Shown one piece after another: positions 40,521 through 51,922 of a stretch of DNA of 64,000 bases. The stretch spans positions 5,919-69,918 of the forward strand of contig JAFCCC010000003.1 of NCBI GenBank assembly GCA_017610385.1. The letters run 5' to 3'. The stretch comes from Candidatus Nanohalarchaeota archaeon. Lineage in GTDB: Archaea > Nanohalarchaeota > Nanosalinia > Nanosalinales > JAFCCC01. Both the position numbers and the translations under genes were made by a program. Below the pieces are notes generated by a model. That model saw nothing but the letters and a program-made list of their open reading frames with translations, was not told the origin of the DNA and ran no database searches. Positions within the stretch are counted from its first letter, which is position 1, and each line of letters opens with the position of its first letter.

Positions 40521-40775
40521 TTAATCTACGACAAAGTCGATTTTCAAATGAAATATATGTGGATAATTCGGATTTTGCCTTGAACCCTTGATTCTTGGAT
40601 CCTTAACACAGATTCGAATATCTCTTTTCTTTTCTAATAAATAATCTCTGAAACTTTTCCCACCGAAAATTTCTCTATTTAAAAAATGACCAACAGCTTT
40701 TTCAGCTGAAATATCTATAAAGTGAAATCGATGATATTTTCCATAACCATACTCCCAAACTTCAAAATTTTTCAT
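40521..40775 (-). CDS. hypothetical protein
   Basis: 84-aa ORF coupled to adk (ATGA overlap). Confidence 0.55.
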   Translation of the reverse strand: MKNFEVWEYGYGKYHRFHFIDISAEKAVGHFLNREIFGGKSFRDYLLEKKRDIRICVKDPRIKGSRQNPNYPHIFHLKIDFVVD

Positions 40776-41401
40776 TTTATTTTATTCACGATTTCTTGAA
40801 TATCTTTCCAAACCTCCTTAAGTTCTCTATTGGCATCAATCCTTTTCAAAATACTTCTTTTTTCATAGTATTTTATAACTGGTTTGAGACTTTTATTAAA
40901 AACTCTAGTTCTTTTTCTGATAATTTTTGGTCTATCATCCTCTCTTTGAGTTAATTTTTCTCCACATACGTCACAAATACCTTCTTTTTTTGGAGGTTTT
41001 AATTTAATGTGATAGGTGATATCACAGTTTCTACAAATCCATCGGCCAGAAATTCTTTCTATTAATTCTTTTTGATTCACTTCTAAATAAAGTGCAATAT
41101 CAATTGCTGTAATTTTCTCTAAAAGTTTAACTTGTTTTAAACTTCGCGGAAATCCGTCTAAAATGAAATTTTGTTTGGCGGCCCGTTTAATGAATGGTAA
41201 AATAAATTCTATGACAATGTAGTCTGGGACTAATATCCCTTTTTTAATGTATTTGTGTGGAGTTCCTTTTTTTGTTTTAGTGTTCTCATTTTTTCTTAAA
41301 ATTCCGCCAGTATCAATATATTGCAATTTATATTTTCTACTGATTTTTTCTGCTTGTGTACCTTTACCTGCGCCCGGTGGACCTAATAGTACAATTTTCA
41401 A
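40772..41401 (-). CDS. adk: adenylate kinase (bacterial type, Zn lid)
   Basis: GPPGAGKGTQA, LDGFPR, CxxC...CxxC lid, QREDD. Confidence 0.95.
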   Translation of the reverse strand: MKIVLLGPPGAGKGTQAEKISRKYKLQYIDTGGILRKNENTKTKKGTPHKYIKKGILVPDYIVIEFILPFIKRAAKQNFILDGFPRSLKQVKLLEKITAIDIALYLEVNQKELIERISGRWICRNCDITYHIKLKPPKKEGICDVCGEKLTQREDDRPKIIRKRTRVFNKSLKPVIKYYEKRSILKRIDANRELKEVWKDIQEIVNKIK

Positions 41402-42769
<1,368 letters not shown>

Positions 42770-42832
42770 AATTAATAAAGGTGTTTCTCTTAATTTATAA
42801 GTTAAGCTTGAGTAGAGTAAATTGTGATATAA

Positions 42833-43522
42833 ATGCCTAAATTCCAAGTAATTTTAGATTTAGATAATACTCTTTACCCTTTTCGGGAGAATTTAACACA
42901 ACTTATGCAGAAGCATTTTGTAGGAAAGGATTTAATGAAGGATTATGTGCACTCTAAACACTATCTCAACGGATCTTTTTTTGAGTGGGCATTTAGAACT
43001 GGTTATGGAAAATTAAATAAACTTCCTAGTTGGAGTCAAAACTTAAGAGAATTAGGGAATACAAGACTTTTTACTCATGGAAAGCCATACGACGGTGCGC
43101 AAGAATTAACTGACAAAATAAGTTCTTTGGATGGGCTTGTTTTCATTTTAACACACAGAGGCACCATAGATTCTCCAGACATTTATTTTGATAATGGATT
43201 TGAAAAAACCAAACAATGGCTTGCAAATTATAATATTAAACATCATCGGCTGATTTTTACTCAGAAAAAAGTTGAAACCATGAGAAAATTGGAACAAGAA
43301 TATAATTTGCCAATTTTAATTAGTTTAGAAGACGCAAAAGAAAATGCAGTGCAGATGGCTCAAGCAGGATTTACAACTTTGCTTTTAGAAAAAACTTACA
43401 ATAATATAAACTCTGACTCTCTTGCTCAAGAGTTAATTTCAAACGGAAAATTAATTCTTGTTAAAGATTTGCATGAAGCCCGCGAAAAATTAGAAGAAAT
43501 AGCTCATAAATTCGAAAACTAG
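42833..43522 (+). CDS. HAD-superfamily 5'(3')-nucleotidase-like protein
   Basis: DLDNT motif I, LTHR, LEDA. Confidence 0.75.
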   Translation: MPKFQVILDLDNTLYPFRENLTQLMQKHFVGKDLMKDYVHSKHYLNGSFFEWAFRTGYGKLNKLPSWSQNLRELGNTRLFTHGKPYDGAQELTDKISSLDGLVFILTHRGTIDSPDIYFDNGFEKTKQWLANYNIKHHRLIFTQKKVETMRKLEQEYNLPILISLEDAKENAVQMAQAGFTTLLLEKTYNNINSDSLAQELISNGKLILVKDLHEAREKLEEIAHKFEN

Positions 43523-43559
43523 GAAAATTAAAAGAAAAAATGAATGAGTTAATTATAAC

Positions 43560-43928
43560 TTATTCTAATAATTTTCTACCTTCTATATCCCAGAAAGTAA
43601 TTTCCTCTCCCGCACTTACTTTTTTATCACCTATTTCTAGATCCATCATTTCATAGGTCTTCAGATCCATTACCTGAGCGACGGCTCCACTAATAGAAAC
43701 TACTTGACCAACCTTTTTTACGACATCTGGAGCCATAAATGGTGTGTGGCCTGGTTTTAAAAGATTTCTAGTTCTTTTATCAAAGAGACCTTCTGCCATA
43801 ATTCTATATTTTGCATGTCCGTGTTTTCCCGGTGCGGATCTCTCGATTTTCTTGATTTTGCACGGTTCATTTTCCAAAATAACATAAGATCCCACCTTTA
43901 AATCTCCAATATCTATTTGTGTAGCCAT
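43560..43928 (-). CDS. eif5a: translation factor aIF5A
   Basis: PGKHGHAK hypusine loop. Confidence 0.96.
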   Translation of the reverse strand: MATQIDIGDLKVGSYVILENEPCKIKKIERSAPGKHGHAKYRIMAEGLFDKRTRNLLKPGHTPFMAPDVVKKVGQVVSISGAVAQVMDLKTYEMMDLEIGDKKVSAGEEITFWDIEGRKLLE

Positions 43929-44027
43929 AATTTCACCTTAATTTACTTTATAATATTTGAAGTATATTTAAAAGAGTTTCTATCAGCTCGTATTTGTTTT
44001 ATATATAAATTTACCTAAATTTAATGA

Positions 44028-44759
44028 ATGCCTTCTGAGGAACAAGTAAAAGATTATATTTTACAACAACTTGCTACAGGAAAGAATATTTTAAAGATCA
44101 GGCAAAATCTCATTAATGCAAACTGGTCACCTGCGGCTGTAGATAAACTTTTAGATGAAGTTCTTACTGTAAAAAAATCTCAGACAAAGTCTAAACCAAA
44201 TACTGATAATTTTATTCATTTTTGGTTGCATTCAATTAGTGGAATTATCTTGCATCCAAATGAATTTTTCCAGAATCTTCCAGAATTAAAATTTGGCAAA
44301 ATTATTTTAATTTCTCTTTTAAATTTTCTTGTACCGATTTTAGTTAATGTGGCAATAACTTCTCTTTATGTGTTGCTTTTACCATTTTTAGCTTTCTTTG
44401 TTGGTTTTGGCATTGGTATAAGTTTGTTATATGTTTTAGTTGTTGGAATTCCAACTGCAATTCTTAGCCTTTTTGTTGGAGCAGCATACTTACATTTATT
44501 TGTCAAATTATTCAAAGGAAAAGGTACGTATAAAAAGAGCTTAGAAATTGTGGCGTTTTCATCTGCTGCGTCCCTATTGGGATTAATTCCAATTTTAGGG
44601 GTTATCGCAGCCATTATTTTTACAATTCGCGCGCAAATAAAAGGTATTGCAACTTTACATCAAATGACTTCAAAGAAAGCGGCAATAGTTTTACTTACTT
44701 CCTGGATTTTACCAACTATTCTTATAGGGATTTATTTACTTTTTGTATTTTTAGCCTAA
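44028..44759 (+). CDS. Yip1-domain membrane protein
   Basis: HPNEFF, LHLFVKLFKGKGTY, multi-TM. Confidence 0.75.
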   Translation: MPSEEQVKDYILQQLATGKNILKIRQNLINANWSPAAVDKLLDEVLTVKKSQTKSKPNTDNFIHFWLHSISGIILHPNEFFQNLPELKFGKIILISLLNFLVPILVNVAITSLYVLLLPFLAFFVGFGIGISLLYVLVVGIPTAILSLFVGAAYLHLFVKLFKGKGTYKKSLEIVAFSSAASLLGLIPILGVIAAIIFTIRAQIKGIATLHQMTSKKAAIVLLTSWILPTILIGIYLLFVFLA

Positions 44760-44808
44760 AATTTTGTCGAGTTTTTTTGTTTAAATTTTTTTAAGTACAC
44801 ACTCTTAT

Positions 44809-45279
44809 TTACAATTCTTTCTCAAAAACTAAAGTTTTGTGTCCTTTTCCGTTGCGCACATCATCTAAAAACTCAGTTTTAATCCTCGTGTCAAATTTTT
44901 TACTGAGATGTTTAACGATTTCATTAGCATCTTCACATACATAATTAACTTTCTTGTAACCTTCTGATCGAAGTTTTTGCAATGCAATTCTAAACAATTT
45001 TGTTCCAATACCTCTATTTCTTTGTTGTTTTTGAACTGCTTCATTGGTTATGACCCCTGTGTCTGAATTTTCATCATCTTTTTTCCACGCCACGAACCCA
45101 ATAATTTTTTTATTTTCAATAACTAGAACTGCACGTTCTTTTCTATTAAGAAGATCTTCAATCTCAGTTTCTTGTTTTTCATCTGAAAAAGGTGGCGAAT
45201 AGTTTTCTCTAACTTCTATTAAAAATGTATTCAGTTCTTTCGCGTTTTCAGGAAAAAAGCTTTGAAATTCTATTGTCAT
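44809..45279 (-). CDS. GNAT acetyltransferase
   Basis: motif A QRNRGIGTKL. Confidence 0.85.
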   Translation of the reverse strand: MTIEFQSFFPENAKELNTFLIEVRENYSPPFSDEKQETEIEDLLNRKERAVLVIENKKIIGFVAWKKDDENSDTGVITNEAVQKQQRNRGIGTKLFRIALQKLRSEGYKKVNYVCEDANEIVKHLSKKFDTRIKTEFLDDVRNGKGHKTLVFEKEL

Positions 45280-45314
45280 ATTCTTACTTTGTGCCACCAA
45301 GATAAAAAGAACTA

Positions 45315-45751
45315 TTATTTTTTATAATAACTCTTGATAGCTTCCTTAATCGCATCTGGTCCACAGTTTACCCAAATTTTTTTAATAGCTTCATCAAAAT
45401 CCATCCATTTATATCCTATATGCTCCTTTTCTCATAGTTTAACAGCTCCAGAAATGTAGTCACATGCATAAGCGACAGCGCGAATTTTTAAAAAACCATC
45501 TTTGACGGGTTTTCATCCCAATAAACTTTAAGAACTTTTCCAAGAATTTTTACTTTTATTCCTACTTCCTCATCAACTTCTTTAAGTACCGCTTGCTCTT
45601 CTGTCTCTTCGAAATGCATGGCACCTTTAATAAACTCCCAACCTGTTTCCTAATCTTCTCCCCGTCGATCAAACATGAGAATTTTATTTTCTTTAAAAAC
45701 AATAGCAGTTATAGCGTGTTGCATTCCGTCAATTATTTTGTTATTTTCCAT
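45315..45751 (-). pseudogene. NUDIX hydrolase pseudogene
   Basis: WEFIKGAMHFEETEEQAVLKEVDEEVG Nudix box and EHIGYKW; interrupted by TAG (45650-45652), a frameshift (about 45510-45513) and TGA (45432-45434). Confidence 0.85.
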
Positions 45752-45769
45752 GATTAAATTTTGATTTCA

Positions 45770-45932
45770 AGAAATAAAAAAGAAAGAAAAGAGAAGCTCC
45801 CAATAATTTAGCTAATTAAAGCCAAATCATTGAGGAAAGTGAACTCGAAGGTATTGGGGGAAGGGTTAGATTGTGAGTTCACTAACGAAGCACCGATAAC
45901 GGTTACGCTTCAGCACCTCCTTCAGCATGAAT
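45770..45932 (-). terminator. structured 3' region of ftsZ ending in a hairpin and pyrimidine tract
   Basis: three hairpins; the last, CAATGATTTGGCT/AGCTAAATTATTG, is followed by CTTCTCTTTTCTTTCTTTTT. Confidence 0.5.
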
Positions 45933-46991
45933 TCAGCGAATGACTTTTAAGCCTAAATCGCTGATATTTGTGATTTTAGTAGGACTGTCCTCTAATTTTC
46001 CAAGTATGTACGGAGAATTAACTCCTGTGATAATTGATATTACTTGGATTCGTCCTTCTAATTCTGGATCAACTCTAGCGCCCCAGATAACTTGAGCTTG
46101 TGCATCTAGTTTTTCAATGACTGCTTGACCTACGTCATTGATTTCTCTTAAGGTCATGTCATTTCCTCCGGAAATATGTAGTAAAGCGCCATTTGCTCCT
46201 TCGATGTCCACATCTAATAACGGATTTGTCAACGCTTCAACAATCGCTTCTTTACCTCTGTTTCTCGTATTAGATTCACCATATCCTACAACTGCTACTC
46301 CACCAGAGTGCATAACTGCTTTTACATCAGCATAGTCTAAATTGACTAAGGATGGTTTGGAAATAGTTTCTGTAATTCCTTTAATCATGGTTGTAACTAA
46401 TTCATCCGCAACGCCAAAGGCTTGTTCTAATGGTAAATCTCCTGCAATACCTAACAAACGGTCATTTTCAATTACAATTACTGTGTCAGCGTATTTTCTT
46501 AATTTATAAAGACCTTCTTCTGCTTTTGATATTCTGGCGCCTTCAATTTTAAATGGCATCGTAACGCTAGCAATAACAATACAATTTTCTTCCTTAGCAA
46601 TTCGTGCGACTACTGGAATCGAACCTGTACCGGTTCCACCACCCAAACCACATACTACAAAGACCATGTCAGCTTGTTTAAAAAGTTCCTTTAATTCTGA
46701 ACGACTTTCTTCCGCGGCTTTAGCACCAATTTCAGGATGCCCTCCAGCACCCAAACCTTTAGTTAGGTCCTGTCCAATTAATATCCTTTTATCTGCACTT
46801 GAAATTAATAAATGTTGTTTATCTGTGTTTATTGCGACGGTTTCTGCGCCAGCAATTCCTTTTCGATACATTCTCGTAACGATGTTGTTACCGCCGCCTC
46901 CGCAGCCCACGACGAGAATTCTCGCATCTTTAACATCAGCAAAATCTTGCTCATGATTATTTTCTATGACATTTCGAATGAATGATTCCAT
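45933..46991 (-). CDS. ftsZ: cell division protein FtsZ (FtsZ2-like)
   Basis: GGGGNN, NTDKQHL, GGGTGTG, VNLDYAD. Confidence 0.97.
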   Translation of the reverse strand: MESFIRNVIENNHEQDFADVKDARILVVGCGGGGNNIVTRMYRKGIAGAETVAINTDKQHLLISSADKRILIGQDLTKGLGAGGHPEIGAKAAEESRSELKELFKQADMVFVVCGLGGGTGTGSIPVVARIAKEENCIVIASVTMPFKIEGARISKAEEGLYKLRKYADTVIVIENDRLLGIAGDLPLEQAFGVADELVTTMIKGITETISKPSLVNLDYADVKAVMHSGGVAVVGYGESNTRNRGKEAIVEALTNPLLDVDIEGANGALLHISGGNDMTLREINDVGQAVIEKLDAQAQVIWGARVDPELEGRIQVISIITGVNSPYILGKLEDSPTKITNISDLGLKVIR

Positions 46992-47450
46992 ATTATCTCC
47001 TCTGATTTATATTTTGTAGGAACATAATGCTTTTTTAATACTGAAAGCAAATACATCTATAGAACTAGATTTAAGCGCCAACTTAAACTGGTTTCATTCG
47101 ATATTACTTCGAATACTTGAGAATTCAAATACATACAATATGGATTTACTCGATAACAACTTACTCTTAGTTCGCCAAAACTAAGTTTTGTTTATAAAGT
47201 TGTTTTGTAGCGTATGTCGCCAAACATAAGTGACTACAAATGAGTTAATTTACAATCCATAATTAGTTATTTCTGAATATATAAAGATTTTCATAACCTC
47301 TTTTTCTTATGGAGAAATTCTGCTCCAGTGGAAATGTGGGTTCTGTTCAAAAGAAATAAAGGTTATTCCATAGGAAATAATGTAGATCAAATTCTAAATA
47401 TTAGTGACAATAAATTAACTTTTTTAATTGTGCGGGTTTAATTAGTTATT

Positions 47451-48731
47451 ATGAAAATTGCAGATATTGAAAAAATGAAAGAAGGCCAAAAAGTTGAGCT
47501 TAAGGGCTGGATATACAGACAAAGAGCTTCTAAAAATGTTGCCTTTATTGTTCTAAGAGATTCAACAGGAATAATTCAGATAGTTTATGGAAAAGAAGTT
47601 GGAAATAAGATTTTTGAAAAAGCATCCACAATTTTAATTGAAAGTTCTATTAAGATTAAAGGCATAATTAAAAAAGATGCACGTGCTCCTAGCGGATTTG
47701 AAATCGAGGGAACTGATTTTGAAATTATTAATAAAGCTGAACGATTTCCAATTACAAAAGATCAAAGTACTGAATTTTTATTAAATATGAGGCATCTATG
47801 GATTAGATCCCAAAAATTAACTAATGTTTTTAAAATTAAAGATACTCTATTCTATGCTGCTCGAGACTACTTACGAAAAGATGGCTGGTATGAAACACAG
47901 AGTCCTATGATTACTGCTTGTGCAGGGGAGGGTGGTTCTACATTATTTAAAATGGATTACTTTGGACACAAGGCATATTTAGCTCAAACAGGTCAATTAT
48001 ATTCTGAAGCACTCATTTTTGCTCTAGAAAAAGTTTACTGTTTTGCTCCCTCTTTCAGAGCTGAAAAATCTAAGACAAGAAAGCATTTAACTGAATATTG
48101 GCATTTAGAGCCAGAAGGTGCTTGGATAACTCATGAACAAAACATGAAAATTCAAGAGGGATTAATTTCTTATATTTGTCAAACGGTTGCAAAAAAGTAT
48201 CCGAAAGAACTTTTGGCATTGGGCCGGGATCCAAAAGACCTTTTATTAGTTAAACCGCCTTTTAAAAGAATTACGTATGAAGAAGCGATTAAACAATTGC
48301 AAAAACGTGGTAGCAAAATAAAATATGGTGAAGATTTTGGAGTCGCAGAAGAAAAATTATTAATGAAAGGAGAAAAAGCGCCCATGTTTGTTGAGCGATG
48401 GCCTGCTGAAATGAAGGCGTTTTATATGAAAAGAGACCCAAAAGACAAGAAAATTGTTCTTTGTGATGATTTATTTGCTCCAGAAGGATACGGAGAAATT
48501 ATTGGAGCTAGCGAAAGAGAAACTGATAATTCTATTCTAATTAAAATGCTAAAGAAAGAAGGTGCAAATTTAGATGATTATAAATGGTATTTGGAACTAA
48601 GAAAATTTGGATCAGTTCCGCATTCTGGATTCGGCGTTGGAATGGAAAGAGTTCTTAGTTGGATCTGCAAATTAGATCATATTAGAGACGCGATTCCCTT
48701 TCCACGATTAACAAACAGATTTTATCCTTAG
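47451..48731 (+). CDS. asnS: asparaginyl-tRNA synthetase
   Basis: OB fold, RHLWIRS, QTGQLY, FRAEKSKTRKHLTEYW, PHSGFG. Confidence 0.94.
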   Translation: MKIADIEKMKEGQKVELKGWIYRQRASKNVAFIVLRDSTGIIQIVYGKEVGNKIFEKASTILIESSIKIKGIIKKDARAPSGFEIEGTDFEIINKAERFPITKDQSTEFLLNMRHLWIRSQKLTNVFKIKDTLFYAARDYLRKDGWYETQSPMITACAGEGGSTLFKMDYFGHKAYLAQTGQLYSEALIFALEKVYCFAPSFRAEKSKTRKHLTEYWHLEPEGAWITHEQNMKIQEGLISYICQTVAKKYPKELLALGRDPKDLLLVKPPFKRITYEEAIKQLQKRGSKIKYGEDFGVAEEKLLMKGEKAPMFVERWPAEMKAFYMKRDPKDKKIVLCDDLFAPEGYGEIIGASERETDNSILIKMLKKEGANLDDYKWYLELRKFGSVPHSGFGVGMERVLSWICKLDHIRDAIPFPRLTNRFYP

Positions 48732-48765
48732 AACTATTTATATATTGTAAAGAGAAATTTATAGC

Positions 48766-49311
48766 ATGTACAATCCAAAAGAGAAAATTCTGTCATTGGC
48801 TATTGCATTTATTTTAGTTTTCTTTTTTATTTACGGAATAGATGTTTTTTATAGTGCACCAAGCCGAGAAGATTATTGTACTGATAAAATTTATGAACGA
48901 ATCATAATAAATCAAACAGATTGTGTTCTAATGGGTGGTAAATGGAATACTTATGGCGGGCTTGCCAAACCCCTCCCAATTGAAAACGAAACAAATGGTT
49001 GGTGTATTCCTAGTTATAAGTGTGATCAAAATTATAACTTGGCTAGAACGGCTTATTACAGAGTTTTTTTTATTGTAATGATTTTTCTTGGAACTCTTTG
49101 TCTTGTAGTGGGTGCAATAATGAAAATAGAAAGTATTGGTGTTGGTATAATGATAAGTGGTTTAATCACAACTATTTATGGTTTTATACGCTCTTGGAAG
49201 TTTTTATCTGATTCTGGTAAAGTTATAGCTCTTATACCCCTTATGCTGCTATCCTTAGTGGCCTTATTCTGGATCGGAACAAAAAAACTAAACCCAAAGA
49301 AGAAAAAGTAG
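48766..49311 (+). CDS. membrane protein with Cys-rich extracellular loop
   Basis: 4 TM; C..GGKW...GWC...C loop. Confidence 0.75.
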   Translation: MYNPKEKILSLAIAFILVFFFIYGIDVFYSAPSREDYCTDKIYERIIINQTDCVLMGGKWNTYGGLAKPLPIENETNGWCIPSYKCDQNYNLARTAYYRVFFIVMIFLGTLCLVVGAIMKIESIGVGIMISGLITTIYGFIRSWKFLSDSGKVIALIPLMLLSLVALFWIGTKKLNPKKKK

Positions 49312-49344
49312 CACAAGAATCTATTCGTTTGCTAAAACGAACAG

Positions 49345-50631
49345 TTACTTTTTAGAAAAATAGTCAGCTAATTTCTTTGTTTCAATAGTCTTTTCTTTTC
49401 CAGTCCCCAAATCTTTTACTTTTACTTTTTTGTCTTGAATTTCTTTTTCACCTAAAACAATTAAGTACTTAAAATCTTTAGAAACAGCGTATTTAATTTG
49501 CTTGCTTAAACTTCTTTTAATCAAAGCCATTGCTGATTTTATATTTGAATTTCTTAATTTTTGAACAAGTGCAATTCCACTTTCTTCTAATTCATTATTT
49601 TGAAGGGCTATGAAAACACCTTCATTTTTCAATTTAATTTTTTCCTTTAATATTTCACACAATCTATCAACGCCAAAAGAAAAACCTACTGCATGAGTTT
49701 TCAATGAACCATATGTTTCTATTAAATTATCATATCTTCCTCCTCCTGCACAAGAAAGTTCTAATCCCTCTCCTAAAATTTTTAGTTCCATGATAAATCC
49801 TGTATAGTAATTCATTCCCCGAATTAAACTCAAATCTATTTTAATTTTATCTTGTATGCCATAGGCTTTTGATAACTTTATAATTCTTTCAACTTCCCAG
49901 ATTCCTTCGATTCCAATTTCATTCTTAATTCTTTCTTTTAAAGCTGAAATAATAGTTTCATTTTGCCCTATGATTTTAATAAACTCTAAAATCTGTTTGA
50001 TTTTTTTTAGAGGGATTTTTTTGCTTATTAATTCTTTTTCAACGCCAGATTTACCTATTTTTTCTAATTTGTCTAATGAACGGAAGATATCTTCTTTTCT
50101 ATCTTCTAATTCTAATTCAGTAATAATCCCATCAGCGATTTTTCTAGAATTAATTTTAATTACGTATTTATTCACTCCTAATTCTTTCATACAATCACAT
50201 AAAACACCTATTAATTCTGTATCTGCGCTCTGATCAGAAACTCCTAATATATCAACATCTGCTTGTGTAAATTCTCTATAACGGCCTTTTCCAGGTCTAT
50301 CGTATCGCCATACTTGTCCTATTTGAAATCTTTTATATGGTTTTGGAAGCGTGGGATTGCAAGCAAACATTCTTGCTAAAGGGACAGTAAAATCAAATCG
50401 CAAGCCTAGTTCTCTTTTACTTTTATCTTGAAAATAGTAAATTTCGTCTTTAATCGCGGTTCCTCCGCCACCTTTCATAGCTAAAACATCGAAATTTTCA
50501 AAAGCAGGAGTTCTAGCTTCCTCGAAACCATATTTTTCAAAACTTTTCCTAATTTTGCTTAAAACCAAAGTCATCAGTTTCATATCTTTTCCTAATAAAT
50601 CTCTTGTTCCTCGCGGTGTTTGTACTTTCAT
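49345..50631 (-). CDS. hisS: histidyl-tRNA synthetase
   Basis: PRGTRD, LRFDFTVP, GRYREFTQ, RGMNYYTG, GGGRYD. Confidence 0.97.
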   Translation of the reverse strand: MKVQTPRGTRDLLGKDMKLMTLVLSKIRKSFEKYGFEEARTPAFENFDVLAMKGGGGTAIKDEIYYFQDKSKRELGLRFDFTVPLARMFACNPTLPKPYKRFQIGQVWRYDRPGKGRYREFTQADVDILGVSDQSADTELIGVLCDCMKELGVNKYVIKINSRKIADGIITELELEDRKEDIFRSLDKLEKIGKSGVEKELISKKIPLKKIKQILEFIKIIGQNETIISALKERIKNEIGIEGIWEVERIIKLSKAYGIQDKIKIDLSLIRGMNYYTGFIMELKILGEGLELSCAGGGRYDNLIETYGSLKTHAVGFSFGVDRLCEILKEKIKLKNEGVFIALQNNELEESGIALVQKLRNSNIKSAMALIKRSLSKQIKYAVSKDFKYLIVLGEKEIQDKKVKVKDLGTGKEKTIETKKLADYFSKK

Positions 50632-50843
50632 TTTCGCTCCTTCTTACTATTTGAAATATTATTCTTGTTAGTTAAATAAATGTTCTGTGGTTCAATTAAA
50701 ACAAAAACTTCACTATTTTCTTTGAGTTTTAGTTTTTTGCGAATAGAACCTGGAATCAAAAGCCGTCCTTTGCGATCCATCTTAGAACTAAAGCTAACTG
50801 AGATGAACTGAATCATCTGTGTATCTTTTGATGATGAACGCAA
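50628..50843 (-). CDS. AbrB/MazE/SpoVT-like DNA-binding protein
   Basis: KMDRKGRLLIPGSIRKKLKL; start codon uncertain. Confidence 0.8.
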   Translation of the reverse strand: MRSSSKDTQMIQFISVSFSSKMDRKGRLLIPGSIRKKLKLKENSEVFVLIEPQNIYLTNKNNISNSKKERK

Positions 50844-50966
50844 CCACTTTTCATTTTGATCAACTTAGAAATAACAAACGAGATATTTAAAGATAGGTGG
50901 GATTTAGCATTACAGAAGCTTTACAAAGTCCTTAGGTTTATAAGGGTTTAATTCAAACTAGTTTTT

Positions 50967-51380
50967 ATGGCTGTTGCTGAATTCAAAACAGAACAAGAAT
51001 TCCGAAGACATTTATCTGCAACAGAGTATGGAAAAAGAATTCTAGATATTTTTGATAAGTATGCAGAAGGACACGAAACAAAATACAATACAGACAACTT
51101 GGGCGATTTAGTTGTTCTAGAGGGAGATGATTCTTCATTATCCCTTTCTCTGATGGATGAAGGAAAAAGAGCACAAATTTTATTTGATCTTTATGGTTGT
51201 TTAGCAGAACCACATTTTAAATTGTGGGTTAACTTAGAAACTGGGCATGCACGTTACGGTGTAGGCAGAGAAGTTGACCCCGAACTAGACTATGTAACCG
51301 GTTTTTTAGACCGTGTTACTCGACTTGGCGGATTAAAAGCTGAGCTTTTAGGATTTGCTTCTGATGAAGACGTATTTTAG
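50967..51380 (+). CDS. acidic orphan protein, paralog 1
   Basis: homologous to 51517..51921 (KTEQ.FR, FDKYAEG, ELLGFASDED). Confidence 0.85.
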   Translation: MAVAEFKTEQEFRRHLSATEYGKRILDIFDKYAEGHETKYNTDNLGDLVVLEGDDSSLSLSLMDEGKRAQILFDLYGCLAEPHFKLWVNLETGHARYGVGREVDPELDYVTGFLDRVTRLGGLKAELLGFASDEDVF

Positions 51381-51516
51381 TCTATTCATAATGCAATACA
51401 GCTTCCTGATTTGTTAGTTTTTATAACAACACACTCTGTAAGCTTTTTTACTTTCTTGCATTACAGAAGCTTTACAAAGTCTTTAGGTTTATAACGTTTT
51501 AATCTAATTTATTTTT

Positions 51517-51921
51517 ATGGCTGACGAGCTAATACAACCTAAAACAGAACAAGACTTTCGAGAACAATTGGCTGCAACACCGTATGGAGAAAAAATTATA
51601 GATTTTTTTGATAAGTATGCAGAAGGTTATGAAACACGATGGTCTGACGATGAGATTCTATTTGCTCTAGAAAACAATAGAGAGTCATTATCAATGTACT
51701 TAATGGGTGATGAGAAACAAGTTCTGCTTTCGTTTTATCTTTTTACGCCTTTAGCCGGTCCGGAGTTAACTATTCAGCTTGATTTAAATACTGGACATAC
51801 TCTCTATGGTGTAGACGGAAAATTTCCTTCAGATCCAACGCGTTTTTTAGATCACGTTGAAAAAATAGCGGAATTAAAAGATGAGCTTTTAGGATTTGCT
51901 TCTGATGAAGACATACTTTAA
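51517..51921 (+). CDS. acidic orphan protein, paralog 2
   Basis: homologous to 50967..51380. Confidence 0.85.
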   Translation: MADELIQPKTEQDFREQLAATPYGEKIIDFFDKYAEGYETRWSDDEILFALENNRESLSMYLMGDEKQVLLSFYLFTPLAGPELTIQLDLNTGHTLYGVDGKFPSDPTRFLDHVEKIAELKDELLGFASDEDIL

Positions 51922-51922
51922 C

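Noticed and set aside
45831-45932. GAGGAAAGT resembling RNase P RNA conserved region I
   Set aside because: No matching P4 3' strand, the region is too short, and G-U pairs favour the opposite strand
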